A stretch of 64,000 nucleotides of DNA from Camelus ferus (lineage: Eukaryota), in the NCBI RefSeq assembly GCF_009834535.1, contig NC_045696.1:97466001-97530000 (forward strand). The letters run 5' to 3'. This document shows, piece by piece, positions 11,473 through 24,900 of this stretch. The notes beneath the pieces are model-generated. The model searched no databases and was not told the DNA's origin. It saw only the letters and a program-made list of their open reading frames with translations. A program made the translations under genes and the position numbers. The stretch's first letter is position 1, and each line of letters opens with the position of its first letter.

Positions 11473-14400
11473 GAGGTTCAGTCTTAAATATCTATCCAAG
11501 GCCTTGACTCTGAGAATCTCATCCCACGGAGCAATCCGTGGAGACCTTTAGGAACATCAGACTCCAAGGTATATTCTAGGCTCTATCGGTGCTTTGCCTT
11601 CTAAGAATTAGAGATTTCCAGGTCAAAGTGACATCGTGTTTCTTCTTTCTCTTAAGAGAGAGCCTAGCAGGAAACAGGACAGTGGAAGAAAAGCACAATT
11701 GATGTTGCCAACCATTGTCCTCTGCAGGCATCTGAGCCACCTCTTCCCATAGGTATATATGTTCTGCAGTTGCAAAATAACTGTAATATCAGATATTAGC
11801 AAACCAAAATCAGATCATTTTTAATTACAGTGATAACTCAATTAATGAAGCTTTCATATTAACAACCTCACAAACAAAAGGAAACTTTATATATTACAGG
11901 AAATGGTTGAATATGTCATCAGCTTAAAAGCAACATGCCTGCCAAGCTTATATGATAAAAATAGCTCTGTGAGACTTCTGATTTGTCCACATTTGGTGAG
12001 AGATAAGCAGGGCTGACTCCAGCCAAGATTGAAATAATATCCCTGTGTCCTTGCAGGGCAGTCTTTCTTCTACCTCTGTCTCCACTCTTTCTTACCCCAA
12101 ACAAAACAACAAAGCCTGTGTTAGTCCTTTTATTTGTATTAAACTCTCCTGGCCTTCTTTCTCCATAGTTCCATATTCTTTCTGATGTACTGCCTTCTTC
12201 ACCTCTTTGGACCAGAGTGAGTTGAGAGCAGTCTTCTAACTTCCTTTTGAACCTGGGGCTCACCTTTTTTTGAGGTCATCTAATGAGCCTCTTCCTGTTC
12301 TTATTTGAACATTCCACACCCTGTGTGCCTTGTTTGTTTCATGGCCCATTTGATTTTTCTTGTAGCTTGTATATGAAGGTATTTTCTGCATATGCAGTCA
12401 GTATTCTGCTCTCCTATGGGACCAGGTTTCGTGATTCTAGGATTTGCCTTTCCATCAATAACTATCTCAATGTTTATTAAAACATTACGGATTATGAGTA
12501 TGCTGATTTTTTGAAGGATTTGCTGATGCACATTTAGACTTAGGTGCCATATCCTTTATGTCTCAAATCCAGAATAGTAACGTCTCATCTCTCAGAACAG
12601 AGCTGTGAATAAGGAATAATCAATATGTGTAATCACAAAGTCTGTATAAACTTCACCCACTGAGGGTCTCCTTTGTGTTTCACCAGATTCCGATAGGCTT
12701 GTTTTGTTACTGATGTTTCTAAACTTAGGCAAATATAAAGCAGCAAACTGGAAAGGTGGTAGGGATACCATAGGAAGAAAATATACTTCTTTGAAAACTG
12801 AAAATGAGAGCCTGATACTAAAGAAAGTTTGAAAAAATCATAAAGATTGTGTGTAAAGAATGCATGTGTGGGAGCCATTAAAATTTATAGCAGTATGTGG
12901 CCCTTTAAGGTATAAATGTACGAGAAAGTTAAGAGATCAGTCTTTGGAGGTGGACAGAAGGGTTTGAATTTAGGTTTTGTGGCTTCTTATGGGTCCTTGA
13001 TAAATTCCCAAAGCCTTGTTTTCTTCATCTCTAAAATAAGAATAATGACACCTACCTCATTGGCTGATAGGGACTAAATAAAACCATGTATGTAGAGTGT
13101 TTAGCATAGTGTTGGGCTTTAGAAAATACTTGTGTAGACTGAGGATCTCATTATTTTGTAGCCTTGAGTTCAGTCTAATATACTCTATTAAACAGAGAAA
13201 ATGTTGCCTGGTACTTTCTGGGTGGTAGGATTATAGCTGTTTCTTTTCCTTCTTAATTTCTGTAATGTGTTTGAATAACTCATAATATTAAAAATTTTTT
13301 TTTGAAGTCTAAAAGAAGAAGAAAAAAGATCAGGGAATTTAAATACGTTTTTAGTAGGACTTGGATTGAAAATTTTAATTCTTAGAATGATACACATATA
13401 GCTCTCCAGAAAACTCAGCTATTCAAAATGACTTAGTCCCCAAAGGACTCAGGTAGACAGACTGAGGGTTTTACCTATAGGCTTGGTCAAGAGTCTTTTT
13501 TCTGCCTTTCTCCACACTAGTGAAAGAAGTATGGAAATCCGAAGACATTAGCTAAGCCAGGTCTCTTTTTCTAAGTAATATTATATTGAAATGGAGAATT
13601 ATCTGTTGTTTTTTATCTCCAAAGGAAAACATATAATACTTCTTTGTAGTTTTTCACAGCCTTCATGGTAAGGAAGATCTGTCAGCTGCTGCATTAAAGT
13701 CTCCCTGCTATAATTTCCTCACTCTATTTTGTACTTGTTTTTTAAAATATATGTTTAAGTCCCTCTTTAGCTTACCCTTCCACAGTTTCCATAGTAATGG
13801 GTTACTCTCATCTCTTTTCCTTTCTTTCACTATGGTAGGAAATATTTTGGTAAAAAGGATATTGTATTACATTGCCTCTAGTTTAAATGTATTCATTTTT
13901 TAAAACCACCATGACTGTTATGTTTAAACCTAAATGCTTTCCTTAAAAAAATTAAACAAGCAAGCCCAGCTTCACCATTAATGTGGTTACTTCAGTGAGC
14001 TTTACAAACTTTGAAAGCAATGTTTCAATTAAAAGAACGTAAGAAGCCCATTATTTCTCAGCTTTGCAAAATAGTGTATTTTGTAGATGAGGAAACAATG
14101 ATACACCTTATGGCACTAAAATATATATATTTAGTGATTTGATCGCTGAATAGTAGTGTTGGCTCCTTGTTCTGTGTTTATACAGGTCCAGTCCTCTCTG
14201 CCCAGGAACTCAAATGACTTAATTAAGTTTGAGAGCCTGGAGTCTATAAGATTCTACTTGCCATAATGGGGAAATAAAAGGAAGGTAATTTTATTTCCTT
14301 AGTGGGCCTAAAGGAGCATCAGGAATACAAATAATCCACATTAATACACTCTGAAACTTGGCTTCTACTCAGGTTGTTGCCATTTTAAACCCAAGTAACT

Positions 14401-15894
14401 TTTTATATGATAAATTTTTTATAATTATAATGTAAATTATGTGTGTTATCATTAGAAATATTGCTAATTATGTACTATCAGAGTGGGAGGCCAAACTCTT
14501 TTATTGCACTTGAACCTAAATTGATGTTTTTTTAGTTTCAAAGACTACAATTTTCATTTTCCTCTCCTGCAGTTATCGTGTCTTCTCTTGTAGAACAGTC
14601 TACTCAAGATCCAGCTAAAACGAGAGGAAACATAGAAAAGAGTTTCTGCCCTTTCTCACAAACCATATGAGATTTTTTAGCTCTTTTTTCCTTAATTTTT
14701 CTTGCTCTTTTCTCTTTTACTTTGACCTATAATCTACACATTTATATGTGGCATTGTGTTGATAGGAAAAACAAAGCAAATTTTAAAACCTTTTTATCTC
14801 TTTTTTATAAGACCACTGACTCAGTTGTGTTAAATATTTATTAAATGCTTAGAGTGATCCGTGTTGTGTGTGGAACAAAGGATAAAGTCCTAAAGTTTAG
14901 AGTGCTCTAAGGCCATTCCAGCTTTGAAAATAATTTAATTCGTAAACTCATCAGGCTGCAGAAAGGAATATCCTAAGAGGGCTGTTCTGAAGAAGGGAAA
15001 TTCCTTTGGGCTGCTGTCTGTTGGAAGCACTTTTTCTTGAAACTCCATGTTCTTTTGGAAGGTAAATGGCTTGAGCTGTAGAAATGTGCAGAGGAAAGGC
15101 TAGATCACGACAGAACTGTGAAATACTTGGATAGGGTTTGGATGGCAGAAATTATCTTTACTCCTTTTCCATTGAAGAGGTGTTCCCTGAGGTAACCAGA
15201 GGTGTGATGGGAAAAGCAAATTGAGTTTTTTTAATACCTGCATGCCAATGTTGTGATTGTCATAAATCCAATGAGAAGTGGATGCCTGTGGTTTTGAAGG
15301 AATGTGCTTAGTTCACAGAACGAAAAGGCTTCTCAGTTAACTCAAAGGCTAAAAACACACAGATTAAAATTTAGAGAATGAGGAAAAGAAAATCCAGGGA
15401 AGTCTTTGAGTTTCACTGGAGCAAGTACAGATGGTTAGGGTATGATTTCCTGGCATACACTGCAAACCCTGTGCTTTTATTCCAAATAAATAAAAGGTTC
15501 TTAATAAGCTCAAGTGAGTTTCTAAGAGCTGCAACATAATAAAATTACTCGATTTGCAGCTAGACTGTTGCACAATTCATAGACTAAAAGAACTAAGAAA
15601 GGCTGTAGGCAATTTTTTTAGTACCTAAAAAAAAAAAATGAGCAAGTCACCATATACTTTCCAAAAAGGCGAAATGATTTGTCTCACAATATGAGCAATG
15701 TAATTAAAACCTTTTTAAAAACTTTTAGGCTCTTAAGGGTGTAATTATTGGGTATACTTTTCTATGCTTTTTTTGTTCCACTCTTTGCCTAGACATAAAC
15801 ACCAAATTCCATGCCTTTCATAGGCCCTTAGAACGATTTATTTTCATGCCAAACCTCTTATTAAGCCTCCTCCCTCTCTCCCTTTTAAAAATTA

Positions 15895-16260
15895 TTTTTT
15901 GAGAAATAATTCACATAACATAAAATTCACTCTTTCAAAGTGTGCAATTCAGTGGGTTTTACAATATTCACAAAGTTGTGCAACTGTCACCACTACCTGA
16001 TTACAGAACATTTTCATTACTCCCAAAGGATACCCATTAACAGTCACTTGCCACTTTCTTCTCCCTCTAGCCCCTGGCAACCACTAATCTACTCTCTGTG
16101 GATTTGCCTCTTCTGGACACTTCATATAAGTAGAATTATACAATATATGGCTTTTTGTGTCTGGCTTCTTTCACTTAGCATAATGTTTTCAATGTTCACA
16201 TTGTAGCACCTATCAGTACTTTATACCTTTTTATGACTGAATAACATTCTGCTCTATGCA
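15895..16260 (-). mobile_element. L1MB-like 3' end
   Basis: gagaaataattcacataacataaaattcac...ctggcttctttcacttagcataatgttttc. Confidence 0.85.
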
Positions 16261-17849
16261 CATTACCTTGCTGTTTACAGTATTTGATCGAGCCTTATTC
16301 CTGGTCTTACTATGGAATGAATCTGTTGCATTTTATTTTATAGTGTTTGTAAGAGAACTTCTGACAGATGAGTAGTATATTTTCTACAATGATGGTTTTC
16401 TAGAATTATCTTCACAGATACAAGCTAGAAAAGTCTGAGCACTTCTTCCTAGCTAGTTATTAGTAGAGTTAGTCTCCATTGAACTGAGCATTTTATTTCT
16501 AGCCTTATTCAAAAGTTATACCAGGTAGGGAGCTGGTTGGCTAAACTTCAAAGGACTCTTAACTGAGTCAGCTCCAAAGAAACTTAGATTCATATTATAT
16601 CCTTTTTTTATTTTAATTAAAAAAATTTCCCTCTGTCCAATAAACCACTGACATCACTGTCAAAAAAAAAAAAGATTTCTTACTGAAATGAGGGATGTTC
16701 TATGGGCATTTTACAGATTTAGGGAGGATAGAAAAGCAACTAGGGAGGATTTACGTCTTTCCTTATTCATTTTGTATGTTTTTCACATTAGAAAGGTAAA
16801 ACTATTAAAAATTTAGAAAAATTGTCTATAATAGAATAGAGAAGGCGGCATTTACTTTTGCTTAAATTCACTCCTCAGAATATTTCTAAATGAATTTTGA
16901 AACAGCGCACTAGGGGATCTCTAGTGCACTGTTCTCTAAATGATGCAGCTGCTGCTGCCACTGCCTTGTGGGGCTCGTAAGCTAGTGGAGGAAATGAAAA
17001 GTTATGTGAATAACATTGATTCAATCAGAATGTGAGTAGGCATCAGAAAAGATGCAACAAATAAGGAGCTCTACATACATAAGAGAGGAAGTGAACGATT
17101 CTTACTTGGGGCATCAAGAAGGCACTTTTTTCCCCTTGATCATTGTAATTATGCCCCAATTTACATTTGGAGAATAATTTCTTTCCAACTGAATACAGTT
17201 TGATGGGACTGTCAAACAAAAGACCATGTACCCTCTGCTATTCATGCTGCACCTATAAGTCTCTCTCCTGGGGCTTTGAAACCTGAGGATGCAGAATGGT
17301 TAACACAAATTCATTTTAGTGGCAGCCCTGCAAGATGCTCGATGACCTGTTACACGGCCTCACAAAGATGCTCCTGTTTGTGTCCTTTAAGGACAACAGC
17401 TGCCCCTTGATTCTGCAGGGTACCTAATACATGTCCAATAAACTCATTTTCTGCTTAAGTAAATAAATAACCCTAAATGCTGCACGGGATAACAGTACAA
17501 TTAGATTTATTTTGTAAAATTGGATACTTTATTTCATAAAATGGATTTTTGTAAAATAACTGCAAATTGTCACACATCTGAAAGTTAGGCATTACTTTGG
17601 GTATAGATTGACTGGAACATGGGATCTCATAGTCTGATTAGGGAAATAGGATTCAACATAAAACCTTAATTAACATCCTTCTAATACTCTACTATTTCTG
17701 TTATTTGCTTTCTCTATCTTGTCTGTTGTAGCTATAAACTGTTTTCTTAGAACTTGTAACAATCTTGTGGTTTCATTGTTATCCTTTTAGTTAGTATATT
17801 ATAGTTTGCTGTAGAAATGAGATAAAAACAAAACAGTAATTATGAAAGG

Positions 17850-20800
17850 AAGCAGTGCTTGGAATAGTACCTGTTACACCATAGATGAAGAAATTAATGA
17901 ACAAATGAGTGAGTAAATAAGAATGATGGGTGAATAGTATATAATCTATTCTCTGTGGAACTTCAGGGTAGAGAAAAAGCACTTCAGCCTAGAGTGGTCA
18001 GAAGCATGTTTCTGAGTTGTTGAGAGAAGGGTAGGATTTGAGCAGACAGACCAGCAAGGCAGGCGTTCTGAGCAGGAAATGAACATGAGCAAAGGCATAA
18101 AAGTGGAAAATCAGAAGCTGCACTTTGGTAAGCAGGAGCTATGGTGTGGGTTGTGGCTGCTGCTTTTGTGGGCCCCTGTGTAGGATGAACCCCTGTCACT
18201 GCAGCCTTGGATCTGCTCCTTCCCTTAGGACCTCGTTTTCCTTTTGCCTTAAGTTCTAGTGGAGGTGGTTGTTCTCTGGAGCCTTGGGTGTTTCAGGAAT
18301 GAGGGGGTTAGAGGTGCCAGTGTCATTTATCTTTCAAACTTTCTCCTTTCACTCTTGTTTCAGAGCCCTAGCTCATTAGAACTTATGCTGTTCAGCCATG
18401 CCCTCTTTATCATTTATAGCTGCCTTTCATATGAGTCTTCCTTTTTTCTATTCATCTATCCATCCATCCATTTGTCCAGCAAGTATTTATTGAACTCCTA
18501 CTGTATTCCACAGTCTGTTTTAGGTGCTGAGAATACAGTGGGGACAAGAGAAAACCAGTGCCCTGATTGAGCTTACATTCTAGTGGGGTGATGGATAATA
18601 AAGGGAATAAATGTATATTATAATTTTAGGTTTTGCTAAATGCTGTCAAGAAAAATAAAAAATAAAAACAGATTAGGGGTTAGAGTGAGGGGATGGAGTT
18701 GAGAGCTACTATCTTAGGTCGACTGGTCAGAGAAAGCTCTGAAGAGGTGATGCTGGAGCAGAAACCTGAATGAGGTGAGAGGGTGAGATATGGAGTTTTT
18801 GGAAGAAGAGTAATCAAGGCAGAAAGAAGAGTTTATGCCAATGCCCAGAGGTGAGGATGAGCTTGAAGTGTCTGAGGAAGTACAAGGAGGTTCATGTGGC
18901 TGGAGCTAAATGAAGATAGAAGGGGTCAGAGGAATGGGCAGTGGCAAGATTATGTGGGGCCTTTAGCTTCCGAGTGTTCTTCTCCCCCAAGTCCTTCCGT
19001 CAAACTGGGTATGTGGATGAGCCATCCAGAAACTTGGCTTCATGTTTCATTGATCTCATTTCCATTTCTTTCAGCCACTTGCTTCCATTGTACTACACTC
19101 TGGTCCTGGTCCCCATCTGAACTGTTCTACTTCTGAAATCAAAATTTCAGACATCTCATCCTCTGAAATCTATCCAGCTTATTGGTCAGCTAACCTCCAA
19201 CACCCCAGTTTTTCAGCTTCAAATGGACCTTCAATTCTCTTATCTTTCCCTCTCTATTTAACAGCCTCTGCCTATATATATTTCCTCCCCTATCCAGCTG
19301 GATTCACAACCTATCACTGCCAGTATTCTAAATCCTTTCTGGTGCACCTTCCATTGCATCTGTCTTGCCCACGGTATATAAATTCAGCTGTCCATCTCTT
19401 TTCTTGCTGGTTCGTGGGCTGCTGATCCACAGGAAAAAATAAGGCAAAGCACACAGACTACTGTGGTTATACATTAATGATCATCAATCTCAGTTAAACC
19501 CTTAGCACTGCCTGACCAGCCTACTGTTTCCCTAGGCAGCTGTCTCCCATTTTCAACAACTATTTCAAAACTTCTCCACTCCCCTGAAACCTCTGACCCA
19601 CCCACCACCCCCTCTCATTCTCTGTCGATGACTGAGTCCTTCACAGAACAACTAGAAGTGATCAGATAGGAATCCTCTCCATTTCTGAGCCACAGATCTA
19701 CAATCCTCACTGTTCTCTGCATCAGTATTCTTTCTCTCCTCTTCCAGTAGAAGAGGCATTCCTCACATGTCTGGGTCCCATTCTTTTTAGTATCTTGACA
19801 CTTTTCTTCTGTTTTCTACTCATCCATCTTTCTGATTTCCTCCCATTAAAAAAAATTTTTTTTCCCAATTTATCTCATCTTAATATCCCTTGACCCACAT
19901 CCTCCTCTAGTTACCATACACTTTCTCTCTTCTCCATTTTAGAAACTTCTGAAAAAGTTTACCTTCCCTTCCCAAGCCATTCCCAGTATCATTTCCAGGA
20001 TCTTTCATGTTGCTAAAGCCAACGTACATTTTTCAGTCCTCATTTTACTAGATCTTTCAGCAGCACTTGACATCATTGATCACTCTCTCTTTCTAAAAAA
20101 TACACCCTTCATCATCCTTTTTTTTCCCCAAACACTCTCCTGTTTTGCCTCCCACATCTCTAGCAATGTATTCTCATTCTTCTTTGCAAGACTCTGTCAT
20201 CTACTGTCCTCTTAGTTGTAGGTGTTCAGTAGAGCTTTGCCCTAAGCCATTTCTCTCTACAGACTTAAACCAGGTAATTTGGTTCATTCTCTTATCATCA
20301 ATTTGCTGATGACTATCAGCTATAGATCTCTAGCCCATATCACTCTCCTGAACTTGAGACATAAATAATTACTTATCAGCTATCTGCCTTTAGATGTCTA
20401 AAAGGTACTTTAAACACAGGATGAACAAAATTCAACTCATCTCCTACAATCTTGTTCTTCTAGTGTTCCTTATTCAAGAAATGACATTGCCATCCACACA
20501 GTTGCTCAGACCAGAGGCATGTGTCACTCTTGGCCTCTCTCTCTCCCCTTCACTCATCACAGCTGGTCATTTACCAAGTCCTATCAATTTCCCCAGTTAA
20601 CTGGTTTCACTCACTTCCTTTTATTAAGTTCCCCCTTTCCCCCACCCCATGCATTTCCTATGCAGCAGCCTGAATTATCTTCCAAAGAGAAATTACATCC
20701 TTTGAATGCTTAAAATTTCAAGTTGATTTGCATTGCTTTTGGGATAAAGTCCTGGTTCCTGCCTCTATCTCTAGCCTTATGTCTCTTGAATTCTTTTCTC

Positions 20801-21110
20801 TGCTATTTTCTTTCAGTTCCTTTATTTTCACTGTCTGGATCCTGATCTGCCATCTACCAAGGTAACTCAGAGGCATTACTCTGGTTTTAGATTAAACATC
20901 ATTTTCTCCAGGAGGTTAGGAGCCCATGTTCTGTTTACATAGTGCCCTGAACTGCCCTTATCATAGAGTCAACAGGTTTTCTTGTAATTACTAGGTTAAT
21001 TACCTATTTCTTCTGGATTATAGGAACTGTGTTTTCCTCTGTATCCTGGTATGTCACTGTGACTGGTACATGGTAAGTTCCTATTATATGCTAAAGGGAG
21101 AAAGGGAAAG
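17850..21110. mobile_element. L2 cluster: long pyrimidine-rich sense L2 body interrupted by an antisense L2 (about 18450-18960)
   Basis: L2 motifs tttcagcagcacttgacatcattgatcactc and catccatccatttgtccagcaagtatttattgaactcctact. Confidence 0.7.
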
Positions 21111-21337
21111 AGAGAAACTAATATGAAATAGAGTACAAAATTTGCATACATTTTAAAGATAAAACATGGCTCGAAATAAATTTTGCTTCTCTGTCACACA
21201 AGTATGGTTTGCATTAACCTCGCAACACAAATTACGTGTCAGCCTTTCCCCTCCTCCCCTCTTTAGTGAAAAGACATATTTAGGACATTTGGTCTGCAGA
21301 TTCCATTGAATGGACAGAGCTAGATATTTACTTAGAC

Positions 21338-21497
21338 CAGTGGTTCTCAGCTGAGGCTACCCTTTGGTATCCCTTGGTGGGGACATTTAAAAATTCTGTT
21401 TCCTGAGCCCCACCTTCATAGATTCTCATTTAATTGGCCTGAGATTTGTAAAGGCTGTCTGCATGATTCTGATGCACGACAAAGTTAAGAACGTGAC
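21338..21497. mobile_element. MER5A-like hAT MITE
   Basis: Starts cagtggttctca; internal agattctcatttaattggcct and gattctgatgca. Confidence 0.65.
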
Positions 21498-21559
21498 GGT
21501 TACTGGAGTCTTTTCCTCTGTGACTTGCTTCATTGACTGATTTTTGAGCCTGTTGGCGA

Positions 21560-21950
21560 GGAAGACGTGTAAACAATCCTGATCCACCAACTAGTGATTT
21601 CAACTACAACTAAAATTGTCTGAAATAGTAAAAAGAATGCATTGAAACAAGTAACTGTCAAGTCCAGAGGCAGTGTTGGTTTTAGGCAAACTTGATCTGA
21701 TGGCCCAGTGATGTCTCCAGTTACTCCACATCTTTCTGTTTCTCTTATTTGTCTTGGTGTTGGCTTTCTCCTGATTTAGGCCCTCCTCATGGCCAAAGAT
21801 GGCTGCAAAAGGGACCTGGAAAGTGAACCCATCTTTGTCCTGGTATCATTATTAGAAAAAGTTCTCAGATTGACTCTGATTGGACTGGTGTAGGTTACAA
21901 ACCAATTGCTGTGTTGAGGGGTTGAGATGTACTAGCACAAGGGTGAAGTA
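21560..21950. mobile_element. MLT1-like (MaLR) LTR fragment
   Basis: aagatggctgc and tgactctgattggactgg...aaccaattgctgtg motifs typical of old MLT1. Confidence 0.5.
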
Positions 21951-24900
21951 CTCTTCCCAGGAACCACAGCAATCCCCAAGTGTACAGAGGGAAGCAAGAG
22001 GGGAGAAAAGTCAGTGCTGAAACCAGATGTCTGCTGTAACCACACAGATTTGGCCTGGCTGCAGAATTTGGTCATGAAACTGTGATAGTGCTTCATAGTT
22101 TTATACTGTATGCTAGACTGTAAAGTACGTACCACTTTAGAAGTAGCATAGATATCTTCCATCAGTTCCTACAGCTAGTGACTAATAATAAACTGAGTAA
22201 GATTATATTCATCACAAAACTGTTGAGAAAGAACTTGAGAACAGAAAATTTGATTTGGATCCTGCAAATGTAATTTGCTTCATGAAATGGCTTTTGCTTA
22301 GTGCCTCAATGAACACATTTTCTTGACGCATTTTGAAAAACAAAAAATCTTAGACCCTCCAGAGAGTCTCATTTGTGGATTGCCACCCTCCAAGCTGAGT
22401 GTCACTAGCCAAGAAGAATTCTGTTTATCTTTGCTTTTTAAAATTTTCATTATGAAAGCAATAGGGTTTAAAGTTCACCCCTAAAATATATTATTAAATT
22501 ATAATACTGGTTATGCCATTTCTAATGACGTAGTCTTCAAAAAAAAAACCAAAAAACCAACCACCACACACACAAAAATTCTCCTAAGAGTCCCCTTCCC
22601 TCTACCCATCCCTCAGGGGATGGTAACTCTGCCTAGTTGAAAATTCACTGTTCTAGAACTTGCTCTTACCAAACACTTTTTTGATTATAATTTGGCTTTG
22701 TATAAAAGTTTTCCCATAGTAGGAAATGTACTAACCAGCAAACATGGATTTGGGGTCTGCTTGTAGTTATGTTTCCCACTGCAAGTTAATTTATTGGCAT
22801 TCATCAACCCTTAGAGTCTCATTGTGTCTGCGTGTGCTAACGTTTAAGTTGCTGAGTTTATAAAACTGAGGACCACATTTCAGAACAAGGCCCCTGCCAT
22901 AAACTTTACCAAGGCCAGCAATGTTATCCTGACCTGGTGACCAGCTGGTCATTCTTCAAGCTACCCTCACCTGATTCCTTTCCATTCAAATTGTACCAGT
23001 AAAATCCTTCTTAAAAAGAGGCATAAAATAGCACAGGTAGAGTTTTCTTTGACCATTTCAAACTGAATCTTCTGTCTTTATACCTAGCAAGATGGCATGC
23101 ATGCCTAGACATGTGAGAGGAGAACAGGACCCTCAGGCGTCATCATCCTAGGGCTGATAACAAGAAGTTCCTTTAAAGAGAGTGCTTGTGGTGAGGAAGA
23201 ACTCAGTAGCTAGAACGTGAGCATTGAGTATGTATTGGCCCTAAAATCTCCGGAATCGTCTGTGGAGGGAGGGGAGAAGCTTGTTTGCAAGAGGTGGAGA
23301 CTGAATTCATCTGCAGGGCTGCAAGTTCCAGTACTCTGGAAACAACAAAGAGGGATCTTCCAGTGATGAAACATCATGGACAAGCCCTCTGCAAAGACGC
23401 TGTTGTTGTTTTTAACTATAGAAGATTTCAAGCACATATATAAGCAGATAGAACAGTAGAATGGAGCCTCATATATTCACACTTAATTTCAGTAACAGTC
23501 AACTCCTGGCCAGTTTTGTTTCATCAAAACCCCCACCCGCTTTGCTTTGTGTCACCCACTCCCACGTCATTTTGAATCAAACCTCAAGACATCATTTCTG
23601 AGATGGAGATTTTTTCCATTGAGGAGCAAATTTATTCTGGCTGCTAATATGAAAATGATCACTGTGTTTAGGAAACTTGAATTTCTTCAGATAATGATTC
23701 CCTTACAGTACTGTGTCTTTGTAAGTATGGTATTAGGGTTCATTATCCAGGTAAAATTTCACTTGTTCAGGGGGGAGTGTAATACGTACTGTTATTTAAG
23801 GGATTGTTCACAGGAAATGGAGAACAAACCTGAGAACTCCAGGAAAGGTGCTCAGGCCAGAGCCTCACCTTGCATCTTAGGGAACTGGCCTGGGTTTGGC
23901 TAGATATGACCTAGAGTGGGCCACAGGAGGCCCTTACTACCACCATACATGATTTTGTTCCCAGGCTGAAGAATCCAGGCTGTGGAAAATGTCCTGAGTC
24001 CTGACTACCTTTCAGGTCAAAACCACGCTGTCCTGAGTAAAGGTGTTCATTCCCTGAAGGGAGTGGACATTCCCATTTTCATTTGGAGATGGACACCATG
24101 GTGGGCTTTGATTGAAGTTATGACATACTCCTTTCTCTCATGGCCTGAGGGCATTTGAAAGCCTGGATTCCAGTTAAGAGAAACAAACTCAAGGGCCATC
24201 TGCAAGAGGAAGGAGATTTGGCCCCTGTCTTATCATGGCTGGCCAGGAGTTAGGCAGAGAGGGGCTTGCCAGGATCTGGGGCTGAACATTGTTATATAGG
24301 CCACATCCAGTAAGAATTATAGGTTGTCTTCTGTGTTGTATTTTCCTTCTGTTTTTCTGAACCTTCAACAAAATCATATTAAAAGTTGTAGTCTGGTTTT
24401 ACCAGCCTGGCGTGAGACCAAGAAAAGAGGTTGAGTACAGACGTAAGAAATCAGTACAATGGAGAATATCAGCAACCTGCTGTAAGAGGGCAGTGCTGAC
24501 TTCGCAGGAAGGTTTTTGCACAGAGATTTTCTCCCTGGAGCCAGAGGCAATGACCATGATGGTCCTATGGGACAGGAGAATGTTCCCAGGGATTCTTGAC
24601 GCTATTTGGGAGGTAAACCAGGTAAAAGACTAGACTTCCTGTGACCCTGAGGCAGGATGAAAGTAAAGGAAACATGCCTTATGCTAATCTCCAAGACCTG
24701 TGAGTCCTGAGCCTATGAGAGATAAATAAATAATGACATATGTCTTATAAATTCTTGATGAGCATAGCAAATTTCTGGAAGGGTACATGAGAAACTGCTG
24801 ACAGGGTTTTCTCTAGGATTTTACTTTGTATTCGTCTATATAGTTTTTCAAAAAAAGGTTTACAAAGTATATATATTACCTTTATAATATAAATTAACCA

